Shown here in pieces: positions 29,171 through 39,047 of a DNA stretch of 64,000 nucleotides (positions within the stretch are counted from its first letter, which is position 1; each line of letters begins with the position of its first letter). Both the position numbers and the translations under genes were made by a program. Source of the DNA: an uncultured Acidobacteriota bacterium (GTDB taxonomy: Bacteria > Acidobacteriota > UBA6911); assembly GCA_963843575.1 (NCBI GenBank), contig CAWJKZ010000021.1, positions 256,001-320,000 on the forward strand. The letters run 5' to 3'. The notes under the pieces were generated by a model. It ran no database searches. It was given only the letters and a program-made list of their open reading frames with translations, and was not told the DNA's origin.

Positions 29171-31895
29171 ATGAGAGTTCTCGCCGCCGGCCTGATTTCG
29201 TTGCTCTGGGCCGGCTTTCTGACTCCGCAGGAGGCGAATCTCCAGCCTGCCTACGCCCGGATTACAGCGGCGTATCGGGCAGGGGCAACTCGACGATGCG
29301 GAGAGGCAACTCCGGGAATTGCTCGCGGCACACCCCTCCGAGGTGCGCGCCCTGAGCCTCCTGGGAGTCGTCCTCGACGGGCAGAAACGCTACCCGGAGG
29401 CCGAACCATACTACCTGAAGGCGATCGGGCTGGCCCCCGGCTCGGCCGCGCTGTACAACAATCTCGGCAACCACTACGCCGCGCAGCAGGAACTGGCCAA
29501 GGCCCAGGAAGCATTCCTGCGGGCCGTGGCGATCGAGCCGCGCCATCCCAACGCGAACCTGCAACTCGCCCAGATCAACCTGCAGAACAAGAACTATGCC
29601 GGCGCGTTGCGCCGTCTCGACCTCCTGCCGGCGTCGGATCGGGACTCGCCGGGAGGCCAGGTCTTGCGGGTCCGGGCCCTCGTGGGCGCGGGCCTGAAGG
29701 AGCGGGCCCAGGCGGCGGTGCGACAGCTCGAGGGTGCCGCGAGCAGCGACCAGGGCGCCCTGTTCGCGCTCGGCATGGCCTACGTCGAGGTCGGGCGTTT
29801 TGCAGATGCGGAAAAGACGTTTACGCAGGTCCTGAAAACGGACCCCGCGAATTTCGACGTGCTCTACAACCTGGGCACCGCTGCCTTGCGTGCGGGCAAC
29901 CTGGACCGGGCGCGCGCCGTCTATGAGCAGGCTTTGCAGCAGAGACCGGACGATGCCGATTCTCTTGTGGGGCTCGCGCGCGCCCTGATCGGCGCCGGGC
30001 AGGAGATGCAGGCCTTGCCGCTGCTCGTTCAAGCCAACAAGCTGGCCCCTGCCCGCGGGGATGTCCTCCTGCTCACCGCACAAGCCGCATCCGCCGCGGG
30101 GCTTTACGGTGACTCCGCGGCCGCCTACGACAGGTACCTGAAACTGGCGCTCGGCGACGACGACGCTCGCCGCGAGCGAGGGTACGCGCTGGCGCGCAGC
30201 TCCCGTTTCAAGGAAGCGCTTCCCGATCTCCAGTGGTACACGAAGAAACATCCCCGCGACCCGTGGGGACATTTCCAGCTGGCCGTGGCGCTGTCGTTCG
30301 AGGACAAAGAGAAGGCGCTCGAGGAGGTCGGCCGCGCCCTGCAGCTCGACCCGCAATTCTGGGAGGCGCGGTACGCCCGTGGAGTCCTGTCGCAGCGGCT
30401 GGGCAGGAATCAGGATGCCATAAAGGACCTCGCGGCCTGCAGCGGCCGTGACCCGGCAAACGTCCCGATGCAGGAAGAACTGGCCCGGGCGCTGCTCGGC
30501 GCCGGTCAGGCGGAGCGGGCGGCCGCGATCCTGAAGAAGGCTATTGCCGCCGCCCCTGGCAACAGGACCCTTTACTTTCACTACAGCCGCGCCCTGCGCG
30601 CGCTCGGCCGCGTCGATGAGATGACGGAGGCCATAGCGAAGTTCGAGCAGCTCGGCGGTGGAAAGGAAAACGTCTCGCCCCGTCCGGGCGTGCTCGATTT
30701 CCTCAGCCTCTCGCCCGCGGATCAGCAGGCGCGGTACCTGGACAACCTCAGGAACGCCGTCCAGCAGCGCCCCACCGACGACGAGCTCAAACTGAGGCTC
30801 ATCGAGGCGCTCCTCGCCCGGGACGACACACGGGAAGCCGCGCCGCTGCTGGATGGGCTGCGCAAATCGTCGCGGGACTCCCGGGTCCTGGCGAGGTGCG
30901 CGCGGCTCCTGGTCGATGCGGAACGTTACGAAGAGGCCGTTCCCTTCATCGACCGGGCGCTCGAACTGGGCTCGGCGCCCTCGGCCGTTCACCTCGACCG
31001 GGCCATGGCCTATCTGCAGACGGCAGGCGCCGCGAAGGCCCTCGCGGCCTTGGATGCGATCCCGCGGGAAGGGCGGAGCGGCGATTACTATCTGCTGCGG
31101 GCCCAGATCCTCGACGCGCTGGGAGACTTCGACCGAGCCGTCGAGTCGTTGAATCAGGCTTTGGGCTCGGCGCCGTCGCGCGCCGACCTTTACCTGCAGG
31201 CGTGTGCGTTTTTGATGAAGCACAAGAACTATCCGGAGGGACTCGAACTCCTGAAGCAGGCCGAGCGGCACGTCCCGGGGTCGCCCGAGCTGCAGCTGGC
31301 GCGCGCGATCATCCTCGAGATGAGCAATCGGACTGCGGAAGCGACCCGGCAACTCGACGTCATCCAGTCCCAGTGGCCCGAATGGGCTGCCCCATACGTG
31401 ATCCACGGCGTCGTCCTGCAGAGCCAGCACCAAGCCGCCGAGGCAAAACAGCTGCTCGAAACCGCGATCGCGCTGGGTTCGAAGGATCCCTCGGCCTATT
31501 ACCATCTCTGCCTCGCGATAAAAGACCTGACGCCCGGCGATAATGCCGCAGCCTACAAGATTGTCTCGCGCGGGCTGGAACTCGACCCCGAGGACCCCTA
31601 TATGGCCGCACAGGCGGGGAGGGTCGCGCTGGACATGAAAGATTATGAGGCGGCGTCGGTTCACCTGAAACAGGCGGTCCGGCTCTATCCGGAAATGGCC
31701 GATGCCCACTGGCTCCTGGCCAACCTCTACCGGATCACCGGCCAGGACGAGAAGCAGCGGGTCGAACTCGCCGAAGTCAAGAGACTCAACGCTCTTTTCC
31801 CTCCGGGCACCCAGACGCCGCCGTCGACGCAGAACCTGCTGTTTTCCGTGCGCAGGCCGAGGCAAACGGCCGTGCGGCCTGCCGGCGCGAGGTGA
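29171..31895 (+). CDS. Large TPR-repeat protein, apparent +1 frameshift at ~29283
   Basis: Signal peptide MRVLAAGLISLLWAG in one frame; continues QLDDAERQLRELLAAHP in another frame after GCAGGGGCAA; many TPR repeats. Confidence 0.85.
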
Positions 31896-31898
31896 CCG

Positions 31899-33596
31899 TT
31901 GACTGCGAACAGAGTGATCTCCTTCGTCGCCGCGGGGCTGGCGCTCTCGCTGGCCGCGTTCGCGCTGCACGTTCGGTCCGCGGCACAGGTGTCTCCGAAG
32001 TCCAGGGTCCTGTTTGAAAATGTCATCGCGAAATCCGGCATCAGGTGCGTCCTGCGAAACAGCATTTCGCCGGAGCGCTACTACTACGAGACGATGATCG
32101 GGGGCGCGGCCGTATTCGATTTCAACAACGACGGCCTGCTCGACCTGTTTTTCCAGAACGGGGCGACCATCCCGGCGCTGGAGAAATCGGACCCCGGCTA
32201 CTACAACCGTCTCTACCGCAACAACGGGGACGGCACCTTCACGGACGTCACCGAGGTCGCGGGCGTGGCGGGGCGCGGGTACTGCATGGGAGTCGCAACC
32301 GGAGACTACGACAACGACGGCTTTGTCGATCTGTATGTGTGCGGCGTCAACTACAACCAGCTGCTCCGCAACAATGGCGACGGGACGTTTGCCGACATGA
32401 CCGCCAAGGCCGGCGTGACCGGAATCCACCCCAGGTTCGGCAAGACGTGGGCGATCACCGCGGGTTGGTTCGACTACAACAATGACGGGCGTCTCGACCT
32501 GTTCGTCAACAGTTATCTGACTTACAGCATCGCGAAAGCCCCCCACTGCAAGATCCAGGAACTCCCTGCCTACTGCTCGCCCAACAATTTCGACCCGCTG
32601 CCCAATTTTCTCTACCGCAACAACGGCGACGGGACGTTCACGGACGTCTCCGGGGAATCCGGCATCGACGCGCTGCCGGGGAAGGGGATGGGGATGGCCT
32701 TTGCGGACTACGACGTCGACGGGTTCGCCGACATTTTCGTCTCCAACGACACGTTCCCGAATTTCCTGCTGAAGAACAACGGCAACGGCACCTTCCGGGA
32801 CATGGCCATGCTCGCCGGGGTGGCGTACAACGAAAACGGCAGAACCGTGGCCGGGATGGGCGCCGATTTCCGGGACCTCGACAACGACGGCAAACCCGAG
32901 ATCTTCCACACCGCGATGTTTGCGGACACCTTCCCCCTGTATAAAAACCTTGGCGACCAGTTCGAGGACGCGACGAGGGCAGCCGGCATAACGATACCCA
33001 GCAGCTCCCTGACCGCGTGGGGCACCGGGATATTCGATTTCGACAACGACGGCTACAAGGACATCTTCGCAGCGTGCTCGGCCATCCTGGACAACGCCAT
33101 GGAAATCCAGCAGCGGCCGTTTCTTCTCCCGAACGCGCTGTTCCGCAACAACGGCAACTTCACCTTCACGAACGTCGCGCCGCAGGCGGGGCCCTCCTTC
33201 ACCGTGCCCGCGGCGCATCGCGGGGCGGCGTTCGGCGACTTCAACAACGACGGCAAGGTCGATGCTGCCGTAGTCGTCTTAAATGCCTTGCCCCAGCTTT
33301 TCCTCAATCGGTCGGAGAACGGCAATCACTGGCTCCTGGTCAGCCTGGTGGGGAGCAAGAGCAACCGGGACGGGCTGGGAGCGCGCGTGAAGATTACGAC
33401 GGCCAAAGGCGTCCAATACAATCAGGCCACGACCACGGTCGGGTATAATTCGGCCAGCGACAAGCGCGTCCATTTCGGGCTGGGAGATTCGGCGACCATA
33501 GAGAAGGTCGAGGTGACCTGGCCGGGCGGCCGCCGACAGGAACTCACCGGCGTGAAGGCGAACCAGATCCTGACGATCCGGGAACCTGCCCCTTGA
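31899..33596 (+). CDS. CRTAC1 family protein (FG-GAP plus ASPIC/UnbV)
   Basis: DFNNDG/DYDNDG repeats; SNRDGLGA; SASDKRVHFGLG. Confidence 0.92.
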   Translation: MTANRVISFVAAGLALSLAAFALHVRSAAQVSPKSRVLFENVIAKSGIRCVLRNSISPERYYYETMIGGAAVFDFNNDGLLDLFFQNGATIPALEKSDPGYYNRLYRNNGDGTFTDVTEVAGVAGRGYCMGVATGDYDNDGFVDLYVCGVNYNQLLRNNGDGTFADMTAKAGVTGIHPRFGKTWAITAGWFDYNNDGRLDLFVNSYLTYSIAKAPHCKIQELPAYCSPNNFDPLPNFLYRNNGDGTFTDVSGESGIDALPGKGMGMAFADYDVDGFADIFVSNDTFPNFLLKNNGNGTFRDMAMLAGVAYNENGRTVAGMGADFRDLDNDGKPEIFHTAMFADTFPLYKNLGDQFEDATRAAGITIPSSSLTAWGTGIFDFDNDGYKDIFAACSAILDNAMEIQQRPFLLPNALFRNNGNFTFTNVAPQAGPSFTVPAAHRGAAFGDFNNDGKVDAAVVVLNALPQLFLNRSENGNHWLLVSLVGSKSNRDGLGARVKITTAKGVQYNQATTTVGYNSASDKRVHFGLGDSATIEKVEVTWPGGRRQELTGVKANQILTIREPAP

Positions 33597-33935
33597 GCTT
33601 CCACGCCATGGGTTCTGCCGCTGAGGGCTCGCGAGCCAACAGATCATGCGGCAACCAAAGATGGGAGGTTGCTATTGACGGAGCCGTCAGCCCTCCGGGG
33701 CGCGGCGGCGGGCGGGCATCTGCGGCGTTGCCGCTCCTCGACGATGTCCCCACATCGCCTGCGTCGCGGCGCCTTGCATCGGCCCGCCAGGCGCTCGCGC
33801 CAAAATGTGCACTCATTCTTGCGCGAACCCTAACCTACATTGCAGACTTCCCGAAAAAAGGCAAGAAGGTGCGCGGTTACGGCGACTCTATCGGTAGCCT
33901 GTTGTCGGGAGTTCAAGGCGCCGCGCAGTATGGCG

Positions 33936-34889
33936 TCACGCTTTTTGGAATACTGTTTTCGCCAGAACGGCCTGCGTCAACCGCACACCCTTCAGATCGT
34001 CCTGCCAGAGCTGTTCTTCGCTGACGCCGGGCGGCAGCGGCAGCGGTACGGTCTGTCCCGGTGCAAACCGCGGCATGACCTTCATCGAGGGCCCGAAGGA
34101 GGATTCGATGCCCCAGTAGCCGCGGAAGCCTGCCTCTTTGCAGATGCTGAGGGCTCGCTCGAGCGCGAAGCCCGGATTGGATCCTTCCCGGGCCCAGACG
34201 GGATGCACCGAAATTCCCTTGGCAAAAGGCAACAACTGGCGCAGTCCCTGTTCGTAATCGACTTCCCGGCTTATGTTGATCAAATCGACGAGCACTCCGA
34301 AGGCCGGGTCGTTGACCTCTTTCATCAGAGAAGCCAGGATGCCGGGGTCTGAAGAGGCGCCTCCGTGGGTTTCGACCACGACCTCAACGTTGGCGGTGTG
34401 CGCGTATTCGAGAAGGTGACGGAAGCTTTCGGCGCCGCGTTTCACCAAGTCCGGGTCCTTCTTCCAGTCGGGAAGGCCACCGCGCATGTTCGCACGGATA
34501 TCGGTGCAGCCGAGGTAGTGGGCCGCATCGATCCAGCGGCGATGGGCCAGCGAGGCCTGCATCCGCTCGGCTCTGTCCACGGCGGACATATTGCCCTCGT
34601 CGTCAACCATGATGCGTACCAGCCGCACACCGTACTTCTCCGCGTTTTGCTTCAACTGCCGCAGGTAGACGAGGGTCGGGTTTTCAAAGAACAAACCCAC
34701 CAGTTCCAGCGCGCCGATGCCGAACTCCTCGCGCGTGATGCGCGGCAGGTCGAGATTCGCCCAGCGCCGAGAGAAAGCGTAGCTCTTGACGAGCGACCAG
34801 GCGGCGAGGGAAACCTCGCCTTGGGTGGGCACTGCCGCTACAACAGGCGCAACCGCCATACCGATCAGGAAATCTCTGCGGGACACCAT
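33936..34889 (-). CDS. Sugar phosphate isomerase/epimerase (xylose-isomerase-like TIM barrel), Tat signal
   Basis: SRRDFL; AHRRWIDAAHYLGC; VVVETHGG; GYWGIE. Confidence 0.85.
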   Translation of the reverse strand: MVSRRDFLIGMAVAPVVAAVPTQGEVSLAAWSLVKSYAFSRRWANLDLPRITREEFGIGALELVGLFFENPTLVYLRQLKQNAEKYGVRLVRIMVDDEGNMSAVDRAERMQASLAHRRWIDAAHYLGCTDIRANMRGGLPDWKKDPDLVKRGAESFRHLLEYAHTANVEVVVETHGGASSDPGILASLMKEVNDPAFGVLVDLINISREVDYEQGLRQLLPFAKGISVHPVWAREGSNPGFALERALSICKEAGFRGYWGIESSFGPSMKVMPRFAPGQTVPLPLPPGVSEEQLWQDDLKGVRLTQAVLAKTVFQKA

Positions 34890-35183
34890 AGCTCTCTCAT
34901 ACCTCGCTGGGCTTCATCAAAGCCACGCACCTGCCGCGGTTCTCACAACGTGTGACGTTTCAGAGCACACCAGTTCCGGCACAGTCTCAGGTCTTATAGG
35001 ACATCCTATCCAGGGCGCGCAAGGGGAAAGCAGGTGGGGCGGGCCGTACGAGCTTGTCGCGCCCTGCACCGATCGTGCGGCTCGCGGCGAATTCACCAGA
35101 GCGGCTACTGCGTTTCCCCGGTGACGGTCGAACGGGCGCGGCCCCATGTGCTACGATGCATTCCTTCATTCGGGAGGGCCATC

Positions 35184-35852
35184 GTGAGACTGCGCAAAAG
35201 CTGGAGCGTGATTCTGTGGGGCACGGTGATCTTCGCGCTGGCCGGCTGCGCCTCGCACCGCATTGCGATAGCGGAAAAATTCGGGTACGCCAAGCGCGAG
35301 CAGCTGGTGAATCGGGTGCAGGACGCCCGCGACGGCCAGGTGGCCGCCAAGCAGCAGTTCGAGTCGGCGCTCAAGGAGTTTCTGGCAGTCACGAACGTCT
35401 CGAACCCGGAACTGGGCGATCTGGAGTCGCGGTACGACAGGTTGAACCGGGAGTATGAACGCAGCGAAAGCCGTGCCCGGGACGTTCACGACCGCATCAC
35501 CAGCGTGCAGCAGGTCGCCGATGCGCTTTTCAGGGAATGGCGCGATGAGCTCAAACAGTACTCGAACGATAACCTCCGCCGTCGCAGCGAGCAGCAGCTC
35601 GACGAAACCCGCGGTCAGTACGAGCGACTGATCGACGCCATGAAGGCGGCTGAGTCCAGCATGACGCCCGTCCTCGGCGCATTCAAAGACCAGGTGCTCT
35701 TTCTGAAGCACAACCTAAATGCGCGGGCGATTTCGTCTTTGCAGCAGAATGCCCGGCAGATTCAGACTGACGTCAGGAAACTGGTGCGCGAGATGGAGGC
35801 CTCGATCACGCGGGCGAACTCGTTCATTGAGCAGATGAAGGCAACCAAGTGA
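35184..35852 (+). CDS. DUF2959 family lipoprotein
   Basis: Lipobox LAGC; EKFGYAKREQLVNRV; FKDQVLFLKHNLNARAI. Confidence 0.88.
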   Translation: MRLRKSWSVILWGTVIFALAGCASHRIAIAEKFGYAKREQLVNRVQDARDGQVAAKQQFESALKEFLAVTNVSNPELGDLESRYDRLNREYERSESRARDVHDRITSVQQVADALFREWRDELKQYSNDNLRRRSEQQLDETRGQYERLIDAMKAAESSMTPVLGAFKDQVLFLKHNLNARAISSLQQNARQIQTDVRKLVREMEASITRANSFIEQMKATK

Positions 35853-36029
35853 TCGCGTGACGGAAATACTGCGACGGCACCCGTGTGCCCGGACAACGCC
35901 GCACACTCGTTTCCCGAGCTCACAACCTGGGCGGGGAAACGGATCGGTTTGCTTCCACGGACGGGCTGCGGGTATGACTGTGCGGCTTTCAGGGAGCCGC
36001 GACCCTGCGGCACAACACGGCTGATCGTT

Positions 36030-36156
36030 CGAGAACCCTGTCCTCAAGCGTCCTGATGGTGTCATCCCTTTTCGCAAGCTCTCGCGACTGCTGCACCGTG
36101 TAGAGTGTCAGTTCCTCAATCTTCTCCAGCAGCCGGGCCTGAAACTGGCCAAGGTT
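36030..36156 (-). pseudogene. C-terminal fragment of a paralog of the 36332-38446 gene
   Basis: Minus strand reads NLGQFQARLLEKIEELTLYTVQQSRE...TLEDRV, versus NLVQFQARLLEKIEELTLYAVQQGRE...TLESRV in the intact gene. Confidence 0.8.
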
Positions 36157-36331
36157 GCGGCACCGGACTCCGATCCAGTCTTGACTCCATGCCCCAACAG
36201 GACCACAATCCGGGCAAATAGTCCTGCAGTTGCTCCTGCCCCAGAAAGGGTGGGAAGGTGCAGGCGACTCGTCTCGGGATCAGCGAATCACCCTCGGTTC
36301 ATCAAGATGTTCACCTGGAAGGAGTATTCAC

Positions 36332-38446
36332 ATGACTGCCAGAGCATTGCTCCGCGGCCTTGGGCTGCTTGTTCTCACTGCGTCTGTCACGGTTGCCCAG
36401 GATACTGTCTCACCCGGGTGGGGTCAGAAGAGGATTATCACCTACAGCGGCACTCTCAGGGACGCTACAGGCACACCGCGTTTCGGGACCATCGGGATGA
36501 CGCTGTCACTCTATCCTGTGCAGGAAGGTGGAGAGCCGCTGTGGCGGGAGAGCCAAACCATCCAGACGGACGACCAGGGCCGCTACACGGTGCTTCTCGG
36601 TGAGACCGAACAGGATGGGTTGCCCTTGGAGGTATTCACCGACCGAAAAGCTCAATGGCTTGGGGTACAACCACAGGGTGAGGCAGAGCAACCACGCATT
36701 CTCCTTCTTTCTGTGCCTTATGCCCTGAAGGCAGCGGATGCGGACACGGTCGGGGGAAAGCCGCTGTCCTCCTTCGTGCTCTACGAGGACTTGGCGAAGG
36801 TGGAGGAGAAAGCGCGCTCTGCGGCGGTGATCGTCGCGCAGGCGTCGGGATCGGGCGCATCGGGCGGCGGAGCGCGCCAGGCTGTGGCAGGTTCTTCGGG
36901 CACGGCCCCGGCGGTCCCGGCGACGACCGGCTCGACCGGGCGGGTGCTGTCCAGCGAAGTGGGCACCAACACCTGGTTCGGGCTAAACGCCGGCGCTGCA
37001 ATCGGCGGGGGAGCCGTCAGCAACTCGCTGTTCGGGTATAACGCCGGGAACAAGACCACTGACGGAGACTACAACTCGTTTCTTGGTGCATACGCGGGTT
37101 TTCAGAATACGACGGGCGCCTACAACACCTTCGTTGGTATTTCCGCAGGCTACTCCAACACGACCGCCAGTGACAACACGATCGTCGGGGCACTGGCCGG
37201 ATACTCCAACACGTCGAGCTACAACTCGTTTTTCGGATCGAATGCAGGTTTCAACAACACGAATGGCGTGAACAATGCTTTCTTTGGCTATGGGGCAGGT
37301 AACGCCAACAGTGTAGGCGGCGGGAACAGTTTCTTCGGCCATCAGTCCGGCTACTCCAATACCGCGTCGAACAATAGTTTCTTCGGGTCAGGTGCCGGAT
37401 TTGCCAATACCACCGGCTCCAGCAACGCGTTCTTCGGGACCGCAGCGGGTTTTGCCAACACCGGCGGCAGCTACAACTCGGCTCTTGGAAGACGCGCCGG
37501 CGAGAAGACTACGTTGGGTCTGTACAACACATTTCTGGGGTACCTGTCCGGCATGAACAACACAACCGGGTGGGACAATCTGTTCGCAGGGTACTCCACG
37601 GGCAGCTCGAACACGACGGAAGACTACAACAGTTTCATCGGCGACTACTCCAACGGCGTTGCCGGGATCACCAACGCCACGGCAGTGGGGTACCGAGCCC
37701 AGGTGAACGCGAGCAACAGCCTGGTGCTGGGGAGCATCAACGGGATCAACGGGGCGACCGCGGACACGAATGTCGGCATCGGGACGACGACGCCCTCGCG
37801 GTTACTTGAGGTGAGGAAAGACCAGGCCGCGTCGACCTACCTGCAGGTGACGAACGCGAATGACACGATCGACGCCAGCCGGTCGAGGTTTTCGCTGGTG
37901 GCGGGGACCGTGACCCAGGAGATGCAGTCGATCGCGAAAGACGGCGGTTACTTCGGGACGACGAGCAATCACCCGTTCCGGATCTACACGAACAGGAACA
38001 CGCGGATGACGATTGATGCATCCGGGAATGTGGGCATCAACACGCTGACTCCCACCGAGCGGCTTCATGTTGTAGGGAATATTCGTTTCACCGGCACCAT
38101 CATCAATAGTGCCCCTGACGAGAATCTGCCAGACTACGTGTTTGAACCTGACTATCCCCTCATGACGGTTGAACAGTTAGCCGCATACGTGGCGAAGGAG
38201 AAGCACCTGCCCAACGTGCCCAGTGCTGCGGAGGTGAAGGAGAACGGCCTCAATCTGGTTCAGTTTCAGGCGAGACTACTCGAAAAGATCGAAGAACTCA
38301 CGCTCTATGCGGTCCAACAGGGCCGGGAGCACAAGACCGCCATGGCGCAGAAGGATGGAGAGATTTCGACGCTGGAGTCTAGGGTCGCAGTGCTGGAGCA
38401 ATTGGTTCAGCGGCTCACCCTACAGGGGTTAACGCCAGAATGGTAG
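36332..38446 (+). CDS. Secreted tail-fibre/adhesin-like protein with ~14-aa NxFFGxxAGxxN repeats and C-terminal chaperone-like coiled coil
   Basis: Signal peptide; SVPYALKA; tandem NSFFG..AG..NTTG repeats; NVGIGTTTP; PDYVFEPDY...KHLPNVPSA...LLEKIEELTLY. Confidence 0.75.
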   Translation: MTARALLRGLGLLVLTASVTVAQDTVSPGWGQKRIITYSGTLRDATGTPRFGTIGMTLSLYPVQEGGEPLWRESQTIQTDDQGRYTVLLGETEQDGLPLEVFTDRKAQWLGVQPQGEAEQPRILLLSVPYALKAADADTVGGKPLSSFVLYEDLAKVEEKARSAAVIVAQASGSGASGGGARQAVAGSSGTAPAVPATTGSTGRVLSSEVGTNTWFGLNAGAAIGGGAVSNSLFGYNAGNKTTDGDYNSFLGAYAGFQNTTGAYNTFVGISAGYSNTTASDNTIVGALAGYSNTSSYNSFFGSNAGFNNTNGVNNAFFGYGAGNANSVGGGNSFFGHQSGYSNTASNNSFFGSGAGFANTTGSSNAFFGTAAGFANTGGSYNSALGRRAGEKTTLGLYNTFLGYLSGMNNTTGWDNLFAGYSTGSSNTTEDYNSFIGDYSNGVAGITNATAVGYRAQVNASNSLVLGSINGINGATADTNVGIGTTTPSRLLEVRKDQAASTYLQVTNANDTIDASRSRFSLVAGTVTQEMQSIAKDGGYFGTTSNHPFRIYTNRNTRMTIDASGNVGINTLTPTERLHVVGNIRFTGTIINSAPDENLPDYVFEPDYPLMTVEQLAAYVAKEKHLPNVPSAAEVKENGLNLVQFQARLLEKIEELTLYAVQQGREHKTAMAQKDGEISTLESRVAVLEQLVQRLTLQGLTPEW

Positions 38447-38502
38447 AACCCAGCGACCTGAGTCTCAGCATCCGTTCCGGAAGGTGCGGGTGATTGTTGT
38501 TA

Positions 38503-38548
<46 letters not shown>

Positions 38549-39047
38549 AAGTACGATAGGCAATATCCTATCTCTGCTACTGAGTGATACGGGTCGCTAC
38601 AAACCTTGACTGGCGCGGGTTGTGGGCCATTCGTCCTTTTAGAATACTGCTACCGAGTACTACTGAAATTGTGGGTAGTTTCACTGAGACTACCCACAAA
38701 AGTCCCCACACCGCTACCCCCGGGGGGTCCCCCCCGACGAGGGTCCCGCCTTGTCCGACTGTTAAGTCGTATTAGCGCACATGCGCCGGCCTCGTTTTCG
38801 GGGTCCTCTTTTCGATACCAACCGGCACCCGAAATTTTCCCCGGGGCTTTCAAAACTCTTTTATCGGGACAGCCGACTGGTAGGAACATCTTCGCGTTGC
38901 CACGAACTTGCGTTAAAACGGCCGCCACGACGTAGTCCGCCCATTTTGTCAGCGCTGGTGGGAAAGGAGGCCATTTTCGCCGGAATAGATGGGTGCCAGC
39001 TTTTAAGGGCCAATCTGCGGGGACGCGCTGTACGCTGTCCGCCGTTG

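Noticed and set aside
29262-33218. Long antisense ORFs (e.g. 29262-33218, 10267-11982, 42092-43783, 574-1362)
   Set aside because: Shadow ORFs opposite well-supported genes, as expected in high-GC DNA.
36030-38446. Diversity-generating retroelement (TR/VR pair) at the fibre gene
   Set aside because: Differences between the two copies are synonymous third-position changes, not adenine-specific, and there is no reverse transcriptase in the window.
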